A stretch of DNA of 64,000 bases, from the IMG/VR virus record IMGVR_UViG_3300035662_000018, positions 5,143 through 69,142 of that record; one strand, 5' to 3'. Positions 48,619 to 58,504 of the stretch are shown here, one piece after another. This stretch comes from a virus. The notes under the pieces were generated by a model. The model searched no databases. It was not told the DNA's origin and worked only from the letters and a program-made list of their open reading frames with translations. How positions within the stretch are numbered: position 1 is the first letter of the stretch; each line of letters opens with the position of its first letter. The position numbers were made by a program, and so were the translations under genes.

Positions 48619-49304
48619 GCTATCATTCTACATTCCGTAGTTTGATGAGCGCCCTGGAACTTTTACCCTGGGCCAGGGCCTTCCATAATCGGAAGGTGTG
48701 GGTCGTTCCAACCCGCGAGACTATTTTACTTTCCTGAGATTCAGGTAGATCATTGTGAGAACCGCAAGGCTCGCTCCAATTATCATGAAGCTTACGCTAT
48801 CAATGAACTCTCCTGAGATAACAATGTCTTGAGCTGCTAACACTTTGTGTCCTTTCGTCGTGATGAGATCATTATACATTCCTGAGTTTGCTACTCCCAG
48901 GTTATCCACCCTTCAGGTGTCACGTAGGTTGGAAGGCCCATCTCCTTCAGGTCTTCCCAAGTGTAGCTGCCGCCTGACACTTTGTTGATGTGATTCACGT
49001 AGCCAATGTTGGCGAGTGCTTCGTCTGTCATTGCTGTCCTTTCATCGTGGTCGGTTGTACGAGACCATTATAAGTTCCGGAGTTTGCGCTTCAACTCAGG
49101 AGAGACTTCATCTGTGATGAATGTCCCGATCTCGACAACAGTGTCGCTTTCGCCTGCGCGCTCGCGATCCGCAAGCCAGTCGGTGGCTGCTTGCTTGAGA
49201 GCAACCACGAGGCTGTAGTGCTCCGCATTGAACGTGACTTCAACTGTCTGTAGTTTCATGTGTGTCCTTCCGTCGTGTGTTGAATCATTTTACGTTCCCG
49301 AGAA

Positions 49305-49530
49305 CAGAGACTTAGCGAGATGGTTCAGACGCCCCTTTCGGGATTGAGCCTTAGGCAGTCCGTGTGGCCACACGCCACCTCGCATATCTCCGTTCCTCAC
49401 AGGTGGGAGGACGAGTGTCGGCCTAGTGGTCGCCATGCCACTTTGGTTAGTAAAGCCCCCTGCAGGAGGAATACCGCTCACTCATGACCCGTCCGCGCTG
49501 TGCGGCTAGGCTTGCCCTCGCCACCTGTGC
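49305..49530 (-). ncRNA. Putative structured ncRNA (two-domain)
   Basis: Array promoter at 49537-49554 without an RBS leader. Nested stems CACAGGUGG/CCACCUGUG, GCCUAG/CUAGGC, AACGGAGA/UCUCUGUU, GCGAGGUGG/CCAUCUCGC. Confidence 0.55.
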
Positions 49531-49552
49531 GAGATCATTTTACATTCCCGAG

Positions 49553-49837
49553 TTAGTCCCAGATCCCTGGGTGACCTTCCTCGCGGATCGGTTCAATGTC
49601 GCACTCGGCGAGCAGACTTTCGGCCGTTGCGCCTTCGCCGCCATACCACGTGCAGAACCCGTCATTGTCCCACTCGTCGAGCCTGACCGTCACGACTGGC
49701 CATCCGCCACCCGGGCCTTCAGCCTGGTCAATTCTTACCCATGCCGATGGGCAAAGCTTTCGCAGGGCCTCAAGGGAATGTGTGAGTGTTGGGTAGTCAT
49801 CGCTAAATGCGACATCCACTTCGTATGTAAGTTTCAT
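49553..49837 (-). CDS. Small acidic protein with GGGWPVV motif
   Basis: Array promoter and RBS. Aligns to an internal module of the 6091-aa protein. Confidence 0.75.
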   Translation of the reverse strand: MKLTYEVDVAFSDDYPTLTHSLEALRKLCPSAWVRIDQAEGPGGGWPVVTVRLDEWDNDGFCTWYGGEGATAESLLAECDIEPIREEGHPGIWD

Positions 49838-49884
49838 TTTCTTCCTTCCGTCGTTGTGAGATCATTTTACAATCCCGAGTAAAA

Positions 49885-50026
49885 TTTGGAAGGCCGCTAC
49901 TCATACTTGCGTGCTTGGCAGGGACCAGCCGGTGTCCGGCCAGTATGCTCTTGTGCTTGATGTGTGCTTTGCTTAGCAGGGATTACCCTGTACCTTCCTG
50001 GTCGGTGTTACCCGACCAATCCTTGT
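49885..50026 (-). ncRNA. Putative structured ncRNA
   Basis: Array promoter at 50033-50050 with no ORF. Stems UGGUCGG/CCGACCA, GGAAGG/CCUUCC, CAGGG/CCCUG, CAUACU/AGUAUG, GCCGG/CCGGC. Confidence 0.5.
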
Positions 50027-51037
50027 GAGACTATTTTACAGTCCCGAGTTCTTGGACTTGCCACGGACCTTCGCCCTTCGCAATGCTGTCGCGGACCATG
50101 AATCCGTATGTCTGGACACGGTTGTCCATTGGCTTGCCAAATTCCTTTTCAGCGCCGTTGCACTTATAGCCAGGCAGCCAACCATTGACGCACGTCCCGT
50201 GCAGTGTTGCTGTTACCCAATACGCATTCTCGAGGTCAGTCTCGTCCCCGCCCAATGTCGTGCAGCGTGCCTTGTACACGCCGGCTGGTACAAGCACTTC
50301 GTAGTACCAAGAGGCAGTCTCGCCTGCCGACTTGTGGTACTTCGTTTCTTCTTTGACAGTGAATGTAAGCACTTGATGTCCTTTCGTTGTTTCGTTCATG
50401 CCACCATCTTACTTTCCTGAGTTTAGTCTTGGTACAGACCTTCCGCAAGAAGTTCAGCATGCTCAACGAGCGCTGACCAGAAGTCTTCAACTCCCTCTGG
50501 ATCCTTGCTGTCCTCAATTGGGATTATGAGCCTTGGCATCTCGGCGAGCCAGACGTGTACTGCCATGTCTATGCGCTCGACGCGGAATGGGGTTCCTGTG
50601 ATCACTGTTTGTCCTTTCGTGTTGGGTTGATGCTGTTACTTTACATTCCGTAGTTTACGGACATGAACGATTTGCGTCACTTGCGTGCTTGCGTAGTTCA
50701 AAGCCGCAGTTGTCGCAGATGTCTGATGGGCCGTACGCGCTCGACGGCAGTCTGTCTCGCAGCCGAGTCCCTGACGCTTTCTTCTTTCCGTACCTGTACG
50801 CTAGGTATGTAGTTAGTAGTCCCATGCCATCAGTCTACTTTCCCGAGTCTTCTCGTGGGAAGAGTACTCGGATGATCTCTGCCGAAGGTGCTTCTGGAAT
50901 CTCGTTGACACTGAGCACGTCAATTGATGTCGGCTCAAGAGTCTGTTGGATGAAAGACCATGCCCGTTCAGCAATTTGGTCCTCCATGCCGCTGTTTTCT
51001 TCAGTGACACGGAAGACCATGCGGACTTCGTACTCGG

Positions 51038-51430
51038 TCATGCATCTACCAAGAAGCGCTTGACGCTTTCTTGGAAGAATGACATGCCACCCGTTTCCAA
51101 GTTCTTCACGTAGATCGGATACTTTGATCGGCTCGTTGCGATGCCTGCAAATGCGTAGTCAGTCCCGTTGACCGAGAACTTCTTGCCAAGCAAGCCAGCC
51201 GGCAATCCGTATGAACTGTGCAATGTCCTGTATGACTGGGCTTCAATTGTTGACTCGTTGATCCCGTTCTCGCCGATAGTTACCGGAGTTGCGTCAACGG
51301 TGAGCGAGTACGAGATGCCGTACTTGGTCCGTGACTTGGCTCGAGCCATGCCGTGCCGCGCAAAGATTGCATCGGCCGCAGCGTAGATCTCTTCGCTGAT
51401 TGCGAGTGCTGTCTTTTTGTCTACTTCCAT
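51038..51430 (-). CDS. Hypothetical phage protein
   Basis: Array promoter and RBS. LLGKKF..NG..Y...GI...RSKYPI. Confidence 0.7.
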   Translation of the reverse strand: MEVDKKTALAISEEIYAAADAIFARHGMARAKSRTKYGISYSLTVDATPVTIGENGINESTIEAQSYRTLHSSYGLPAGLLGKKFSVNGTDYAFAGIATSRSKYPIYVKNLETGGMSFFQESVKRFLVDA

Positions 51431-52321
51431 GATTGTCCTTTCGTGTTGTGTGAGTACATCTTACATTCCTTAGTTCTCATAGAACACGAAGGCATCCATT
51501 GCTTGATTCCATGTCTGGTCAAACTCTTGTTCAGATGATTGCCTAAAGCCGAAGTTGTCATTGTGCTCGGAAGCATGAACCAGGACAGCTGCTCGAGCGA
51601 GCGCTGTACCGAGCGAGACATACTTTTCTTCCCAAGCATTGGCAACATAGTCGCCCCAAAGAACTTTGAAGCCATCTGTCTCGAGCAAGATGAAGACCTC
51701 TGTATTGTCTCCGCGGCTCTGGAATAGCACCTTGTCTGTTTCTTTGATTAGTAAGCTCATAACTTTCCTTCCGTCGTTGTGGTTGATGTAGTCATTATAC
51801 ATTCCTTAGAAGGACGTCCTACTCGCTGTCAAGCGAGTAAGCGTGGACGTAGCCATGACGCTCGTCATGGAGGGTCTCCATCTTGAAGTCAATCAGGATC
51901 CGCAGGAACTGAGCGTACGCATCGCTTGGATTGATGAGTCCTCGGTTGAGTTGATTGGATACTTTGGTAATCGCTTCGTGAGCGTCACCGAGTGAGTTTG
52001 GATTGTGCTTGAACATTGCTTGTCCTTTCGTCTTGGGTATGTAGTCATTATACATTCCTGAGAATGCTAGTCCTCAATCTCTGAAGCGTCAAACTCAAAG
52101 TCGCTGATCTTGATTGCCCTGTCACGGACGAGTTCAGCTGCTACTTCTTCGGCATTCTCTTTACTCGTGGCGTCAACATCCACGCAAGCGTAGATTGATA
52201 CTCGGTAGTTGGTTGTCATTGTTTCTCCATCGTTGTTCATGGTGTAATTGTATAGTCCCGAGAATTGGCGCGAGCACAGCAGGGACGAAAGGGGTTATAC
52301 CTGCTGCGCTCGAGCGCCGGG

Positions 52322-52735
52322 CTAGACGGTGACCAACCGTCCAGGCTTAGACTCATCAACGGTGGGGGCACCCTTGAGAGTCACGTGAATGTCAAACGGC
52401 CAGAATACTCGCCCGTCCTCGAGCAGCACGCTTTGCTTGCCTAAAATGAATCCTGGCGAGCAAGGGCACGTGCAACCTGCGTATTGAGACCACGAGAACT
52501 TCTCGAGGCTAACCTGCGGGAGGTAAGACGCAAACAGCGGCTTGATGATCTTCTTCCACTCGGTGTGTGGCCGGCGAGTGCGATTCATCATGTCTTCTGC
52601 GATGTTGAATGTCTCGTCTGCCCAGACATACATCCGAGGTGCTACTGAGTAGCCACGCTTGTCGTTGTGGTTGTATCGGCGTTCTTTGATTACTACCTCT
52701 GCTCCTGGGAGCAGGAACTTCGCTTGATTGGTCAT
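52322..52735 (-). CDS. Hypothetical protein with WSQYAGCTCPCSPGF motif
   Basis: Start re-called at MTNQAKF behind the GAAAGGAC RBS. Confidence 0.7.
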   Translation of the reverse strand: MTNQAKFLLPGAEVVIKERRYNHNDKRGYSVAPRMYVWADETFNIAEDMMNRTRRPHTEWKKIIKPLFASYLPQVSLEKFSWSQYAGCTCPCSPGFILGKQSVLLEDGRVFWPFDIHVTLKGAPTVDESKPGRLVTV

Positions 52736-52841
52736 TGCTTGTCCTTTCGTATTGGTTGGTGAGTCCATTATATATTCCGTAGTTTGTGACTGGCTGTACC
52801 GGGGTTCGCTTTCCGGCCAGCCAGCCGCAACTTGGGATGGC

Positions 52842-53171
52842 TTACTTGGCTTGAAGCACCGTGTATGGTGACTCAACCAATGATGCCATGTACGCCTCGG
52901 GGAACGCTGTCTTGAGAAGATCACGATCAATCTTGCTCATGTTGCGATGTGAGACCCGGACACGCTCGACTCCATTGATGAAGCCGATGTTGTTGCCCTT
53001 GAGTGCTTCACGGATCGCTGTCTCCGCTGCTTGCTTCTTAGCCTCGAGAGCCTTGATGGCTGCCTTGGCTTCGTTGAACTCAACGATCTTGGCTTCCATT
53101 GCTGGATCCAAGTCGGTGATGATCTCGATGATCTCGACTTTAGAAGTCGTGGTCACTGTTGATGTGGTCAT
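52842..53171 (-). CDS. Coiled-coil hypothetical protein
   Basis: AKAAIKALEAKKQAAETAIREAL...IDRDLLK..FPE.Y, with array promoter and RBS. Confidence 0.7.
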   Translation of the reverse strand: MTTSTVTTTSKVEIIEIITDLDPAMEAKIVEFNEAKAAIKALEAKKQAAETAIREALKGNNIGFINGVERVRVSHRNMSKIDRDLLKTAFPEAYMASLVESPYTVLQAK

Positions 53172-54676
53172 TGCTTGTCCTTTCGGTATGGGTTGATGTG
53201 ATCATTATACTTTCCTTAGAAACGGCCCGGCTACTTTGGCTACAACCGACTTGACACGTGGTCCTCTATGTTGCGCGGTTTTGCCGGACCGCTTCGTGGA
53301 ATCAGTATACTTTCCTTAGAAAGCTAAAGCTACGTGCTCGACATGAGAGTCGGCTGAATGGTAGACCAGTTTAGAGTCTATGCCTTCGCAGAGCTCATTG
53401 AGCTTGTCAATGAAGTCTTCGAGCAGCATGTCAGCTGCATCGCCATCCTCGGCTTCAAATTGGTCAAATGTCAGTACTACTGACGCACAGTATTTGTACA
53501 TCGTTGTCCTTTCGTGTTTGGTTGTTGGAATCAATATACATTCCTTAGAATACAGTGGCGCTTAGTCGAGCTCAGTCTTATCTATGACTCGAGCGTCAGG
53601 CTTGCGCCGCTGTATTCTGAGACCATTATAAGTTCCGGAGAACTTACATACAAGGCATAGCACGCCCTGCGACATAGACATAGATCATCCTCTTTCCGAG
53701 AATGTCCTTGCCGTAGATCCTGGCGAGCTTGGTTGCTTCTTTCTTGTCTGTCGCTCTGAAGTAACGGACATCCCAAAGGTCAACGCTCGGGTACGGCGCA
53801 TCTTCTGGAATGAAGGTTGCTTCAAATAGCTTGGTACCTGGTCGGCCATGCAATGCATGCGAGACTAGGTCAAAGGCAGCGAGCACTTCTTCGTGTGTAG
53901 GCTTTGTCGTTGTTGTTGTCATGCTGTTATTCTACATTCCTGAGTTCAGCGAGTCAACTGCCTTGCGAAGTGCAGTGTCAATATGAGCATCGTTGTACTC
54001 GTCACGATTACTGAGACGGAATCCAAGATCCCATGCACGATGGTATAAGTCCCAGCGATAGCGCATGTCAAGATCATTTGCGCGCAGCTTGCCTTCGGCA
54101 TGCAATGTGCGGTAGGTCTCGCGGAGGTCCGCTGTGTCAAATGGCCTAATCGTATTGACTAGGTCCTGGTAGTCTTCCTTGGTTACTTTCATGTGTGTGT
54201 GTCCTTTCGTTGCGAGTTACTTTACTGTCCTTAGATTCCAGGAAGTGGATCTTGGTCAGGGTTGACGCTTGGGCCATTGCTCAGCTGCCATGCGATTGAC
54301 ATGCGCTCGCTGTCTGGTGCATTCTCGACAATGTCCCACTCGTCAATAGACCAGTTGGATGTGTCAACGATGACCAGGTCGGCGCTGCCATAGCTGCCAT
54401 CGGCAGCGAAGTAGTGTGTCAAGTTCATGTGTGTCCTTTCGTTGTTGATATGATTACTTTACATTCCTCAGAATGCTGCCCGTCAATATATACCGGGCCT
54501 TGCCATGCCGCTTGCCGCTTACGTGTCAGCTGCCCGTCGTTGCGGACCTGCTCCGTCTATGCGAGCCTGACGTGCCCGTGCTTTGTAGTCTTTAATGTAC
54601 CTATACAAGTACCGTGCGAGTATGAGCAGCGTGCCGATAGTCTCTCCTTTCGTTGTATGGTGATATCTTACAATCC

Positions 54677-54880
54677 TTAGTTTGACAGCTCCTTGATCGC
54701 CGTCTTGATCTTTGCAATGTCAGAGTTTTTTGACGCCATCACGTTGACCGTGAACTTGCGCACGATGCGCTCTGTGAGCCCAGCCTGCTTGGCAACTTTC
54801 TCGATGCCAATCGCAATTACTTTCTCGGCCACTTCTTCCATCGTCATCACGGCGTTATCAATGTTTGGTCTGAATGCCAT
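54677..54880 (-). CDS. Small possible HTH protein
   Basis: GIEKVAKQAGLTERIVRKF. Confidence 0.55.
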   Translation of the reverse strand: MAFRPNIDNAVMTMEEVAEKVIAIGIEKVAKQAGLTERIVRKFTVNVMASKNSDIAKIKTAIKELSN

Positions 54881-54985
54881 TGTCTGTCCTTTCGGTAGGT
54901 TGTGTGTCTAACTATACATTCCTGAGAATGTGCCAGACCAGGGAGGCGGAAAGGACAAGTAACACACGCTCCCTGGCCGGACGAC

Positions 54986-56761
54986 TTAGCCGACGCTCGT
55001 TAGAGCTCGAGCGGCCGCTGCACCTATCTCGGTGGCAACCGCTGTCGGCTGACTTGTGTTTGGTAGGAGCACTGCGCTCGTACCATTGGTAATGCTTCGT
55101 GCGTGAAGCCCGTTGTCAATTGACAGCCATAGCACGCCGACACCTGACTTACAACATTCGCTGACCCATCGCTTCGCAGCTTGAGACTCAGGTCCTGTGT
55201 AACAGCCATCGCTAACAACAACGAGAAGACGAGCGCCTGCTCCGTTGAGCAAGTTGAGTCCGCCGTTGAGTGCTTTGAATGCGCTGTCAAACTTTTCGGT
55301 GCCATCGGGCGCCGTGTAGATGTTGACTTCGCTCAGGTGCTGACCGGGCTTCAGTGTTGGGAACACTGCTTCACCGTAGTACACCATCGCTGCACGCCCT
55401 TGCACTCTGCGCACTGCTTCGCTCATGACCCACGCTGTCACTGCCATCGGCTCCATCGCCTCTGACATTGAACCGCTGATATCCACCATCACGCCGATGG
55501 TGAGTGTCGGGTCATCAACGTGCTTGCGCACTGTGCGCCTCCACGGCTCTGCTTGTGCCATCACGCCCTTAGCTTTGAGCGCCGCACCTTGCACCATCGC
55601 ACGAGTGCGAAGTCTGCCGGGAGGAAGTATTGAATGGATCTCAACTTCGTCCCTGTCTCGGTACTTAGCCTTGTCAAGCATCTGCGCAACCTTCACAGCA
55701 GCTGCTCGCTCTTCGCCACTTGGTGGACGTGTCGTTTGCAGTGTGCTGCGTGTGCGAGTCTCTGGCATTGGGCCAGTGCCCTTGCCGAAGCAATCGTCCG
55801 CAAGCTTTTCGTGCTCTTGTTGTTCCTTCGCTTTTGACTGACGAGCCTTGGCTTCTTCCTTCCACTCCTCTGTCGTCTGCTGATCAACGAGCTGCTCGTA
55901 AGAACCAAGCTCAGCAATCTCAACAGCTTCACCAAGCGCATCGAGCAGGTCAGCAAGTTCGCCGGCGGACATTCCACCTGACTGACTGCCGCCTTCATCT
56001 TCTTCCTCTTCGCCTGTGACTTCGTTGAGCAGTGCAACCCACTTGCGAGCGAGCTCGTAAAGTTCGGTAGCATCAATGTGCTTGTCGTGATTCTGTGCTT
56101 CAAGCCAGATGTCACGAAGCTTGCCAAGAGTGTCTTCGCCAAGTTGAGCAATGACGCTTAGCTTGATGCCTTCAATGTCTGCTTCTTCAACTGAGCCAGC
56201 GTCAACTCGAGCGAGCGTCAGCGCAGCGAGTGCTGCTGCTGCACGTTGGCTGTTCTCTGGTAGTGGCTCGTCCTCAAGATCAGCGAGAACAATTTGGAGC
56301 ACGCATGCACGGAGGAACCCTGCATTTTCTGGATAGATCTGAAGTCCCTGTGACTCGATGCGTCCTTCCTCAAGAAGCACGAGTGCTTTGAACTCTGCTG
56401 GAGTCAGCGTGCGCTGTGCTGCTTCAATGTCCCACAATGAGTAGCGAGCATGAAGCGCTTCGTGAAAGATGGCGCCAGTTGCCTTCGGCCATTCAAACTG
56501 CTGCGAGCGCTGACGGAGGTCGCCGATATCGGAAGGATTGACGCCCTTGCCGAAAGCAACATCCACATTGACTTCAACCTCGGCTGTCGCCGGCGTGAAG
56601 CATGCTGGTGCGATACCGCCGGCACCTGGGCCGACATATCCAACCAAGTCACCTCGGCCTGCCCAGATGTTAGCCAACTGGCCAACCTGCGAGCCAACCA
56701 TCAACCACTTAGGGTCAGTGGCCTCGGCGCGTGTCTTGCGCCTGTAATCAATATGTCCCAT
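54986..56761 (-). CDS. vWA-domain protein with N-terminal HExxH motif (CobT-like)
   Basis: FHEALH and EEGRIE in the N-terminal part. MIDAS motif VDISGSM, GT and VVSDG in the C-terminal part. Adjacent to an AAA ATPase. Confidence 0.85.
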   Translation of the reverse strand: MGHIDYRRKTRAEATDPKWLMVGSQVGQLANIWAGRGDLVGYVGPGAGGIAPACFTPATAEVEVNVDVAFGKGVNPSDIGDLRQRSQQFEWPKATGAIFHEALHARYSLWDIEAAQRTLTPAEFKALVLLEEGRIESQGLQIYPENAGFLRACVLQIVLADLEDEPLPENSQRAAAALAALTLARVDAGSVEEADIEGIKLSVIAQLGEDTLGKLRDIWLEAQNHDKHIDATELYELARKWVALLNEVTGEEEEDEGGSQSGGMSAGELADLLDALGEAVEIAELGSYEQLVDQQTTEEWKEEAKARQSKAKEQQEHEKLADDCFGKGTGPMPETRTRSTLQTTRPPSGEERAAAVKVAQMLDKAKYRDRDEVEIHSILPPGRLRTRAMVQGAALKAKGVMAQAEPWRRTVRKHVDDPTLTIGVMVDISGSMSEAMEPMAVTAWVMSEAVRRVQGRAAMVYYGEAVFPTLKPGQHLSEVNIYTAPDGTEKFDSAFKALNGGLNLLNGAGARLLVVVSDGCYTGPESQAAKRWVSECCKSGVGVLWLSIDNGLHARSITNGTSAVLLPNTSQPTAVATEIGAAAARALTSVG

Positions 56762-56868
56762 GTTCTTGTCCTTTGTTTGTCCTTTTGCGTAGGTTCATAA
56801 TACATTCCTTAGAATCCAGGAGGGGCTGGCCCACCTACTAGGCCAGCCTCCCCGGAACCAACCAAGAC

Positions 56869-57864
56869 CTAGATCTTGGCTGGTCGGCATTCCTCGCCGA
56901 AGACCCTGGTAAAGACATCGGCGACAACCGGCCTGTCAATCTCGGGTGCGGCTGCGAGCAAGTTCGCAATTGCAAACTTCGTGCCGAAAGCTACGGCGAG
57001 ATCACGGAAGGCTAAGAGCTCACGCATCTGCGGGGCCCACGATACTTCCGATGATTGCTGCTTCTTGTCTAGGTTCTGTGCTGCTGTCACGATTGGCGTT
57101 GGTGCGCCAAGCTTACGAGCAAGACCCCAGTCAGTAGTCATCTCTGCCTGCACTGTAAAGCGTGACAGCAACGCTTCCGAAAGTCGCACGCCTGGCGCAT
57201 TCGGGTTGGTTGCTGCAATCACGAAGAAGCCAGGCTTAGCTTTGACAGTGCCTCGCTCGGGATTCGCTGTGACAGTGTACTCTTTACGGCCATCCATAAG
57301 ACCATAGATGATGCTGAGCACCTTCGGGTCAATGAGGCCGACTTCGTCAATAAGAAGTGTGCCGCCTGCTTCAGCTGCTTTGAGCAGCGGGCCATCTTCC
57401 CAGAGGAAGCCGCCGCTTGGCGTTTGCACGTATCCGCCGACCAAGTCAGAGACTTCAGTGTCGCCAGAGCCGAGGACAGTCTGAAGACCGCCGGGCTCGC
57501 TGCAGAATGCAGCTTCAACGAGAGCAGTCTTGCCGCAACCTGGTGCGCCATAAAGCAGAATGTAACTGCTCATGTCACGGGCCTTGCGGAGGACCATCAC
57601 GTCATCGTGTTCGCCCCACTTGCGAGTGTAGTAGTCCTCGCCATTAGGGCGTGGGAACTTGTCTGTCGCAACGAGTGCATCTGCTGTAGTCATGGTAGGC
57701 TTCTTCTTTGGAGCTGCTGCGCCGCGTGCTGTCGCACGGCCGGCCTGGGTTGTCATCTTATCCAGCACGGAGGCTGCCTCAGTATTGATTGGCTGAACAG
57801 CTACGCTGGTAAGCACTGACGATAGCCCAGAGTGTAGGCCATCGTAGATGGTATTCATTGTCAT
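56869..57864 (-). CDS. MoxR/CbbQ/CobS-type AAA+ ATPase
   Basis: YGAPGCGKT, WEDGPL, LLIDEV, ATNP, ALLSRF. Confidence 0.9.
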   Translation of the reverse strand: MTMNTIYDGLHSGLSSVLTSVAVQPINTEAASVLDKMTTQAGRATARGAAAPKKKPTMTTADALVATDKFPRPNGEDYYTRKWGEHDDVMVLRKARDMSSYILLYGAPGCGKTALVEAAFCSEPGGLQTVLGSGDTEVSDLVGGYVQTPSGGFLWEDGPLLKAAEAGGTLLIDEVGLIDPKVLSIIYGLMDGRKEYTVTANPERGTVKAKPGFFVIAATNPNAPGVRLSEALLSRFTVQAEMTTDWGLARKLGAPTPIVTAAQNLDKKQQSSEVSWAPQMRELLAFRDLAVAFGTKFAIANLLAAAPEIDRPVVADVFTRVFGEECRPAKI

Positions 57865-57912
57865 TTGGTGTCCTTTGTTTGTAGGTGTGAGTTTACTTTA
57901 CATTCCTGAGAA

Positions 57913-58389
57913 TTAGACAGCTGGAATGCGCTTGTCAATGAACTCGGCTGGGAAGCCAAGAAACTTGCGAGCTTTCCAAATGCGGCCAAGAGTCTTGTAA
58001 GGAGTCTTGCCAGTGCGCACGCACTCGAGATCCTCTGCTGTAACTTCAACAACCACTGGCTCCTTGAAAAGCTTCCAGTTGTTTGTGGCTAGCTGTGTGA
58101 ACAGCGGGTCAGCGAATGATAGCAAGGTTGTTCCTATGCTTGCGGCAGCTGGATTGCTAACAGCGCCAGAAGTTACAGGTGCTAGCTTGGCAGTTGTTGT
58201 CGTGCCAGCGATAAGACGCCAGGTCTTTCGTGGTGCGTGCTCTGAGATGCGACGGCGATACATTGACAGCGGCACGATGGTGTGCGATGCTGCCATGCCT
58301 TCTGGCATGAACAAGACCTGCGTGGTCATGTTGTCCTTGCGGAACTCTAGGTAGACGGCCTTGCCGACCGTAGGTAACTGTGTTGTCAT
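57913..58389 (-). CDS. Hypothetical protein
   Basis: Start re-called at MTTQLP behind the AAAGGAC RBS, with array promoter at 58420-58437. Confidence 0.7.
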   Translation of the reverse strand: MTTQLPTVGKAVYLEFRKDNMTTQVLFMPEGMAASHTIVPLSMYRRRISEHAPRKTWRLIAGTTTTAKLAPVTSGAVSNPAAASIGTTLLSFADPLFTQLATNNWKLFKEPVVVEVTAEDLECVRTGKTPYKTLGRIWKARKFLGFPAEFIDKRIPAV

Positions 58390-58504
58390 TTGGTGTCCTT
58401 TGTTTGTAGGTGTGGTATCAATATACATTCCTTAGAAACTTGGCGGGTCCAGCCGGCGGGGGCGTAGTCGCACAAGCCGCCGGCTGGTCCCAAGCTTGTC
58501 TGCA

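Noticed and set aside
46717-48909. DnaA boxes (TTATCCAC at ~46717 minus strand and ~48902 plus strand)
   Set aside because: Isolated 8/9 matches with no cluster. The first is better explained by RNA pairing.
48721-58428. N-terminal extensions such as MYNDY..., MYNDL..., MYIDTT... in ORF-track proteins
   Set aside because: These are translations of the promoter and leader (ATGTATAATGA). True starts lie after the GAAAGGA RBS.
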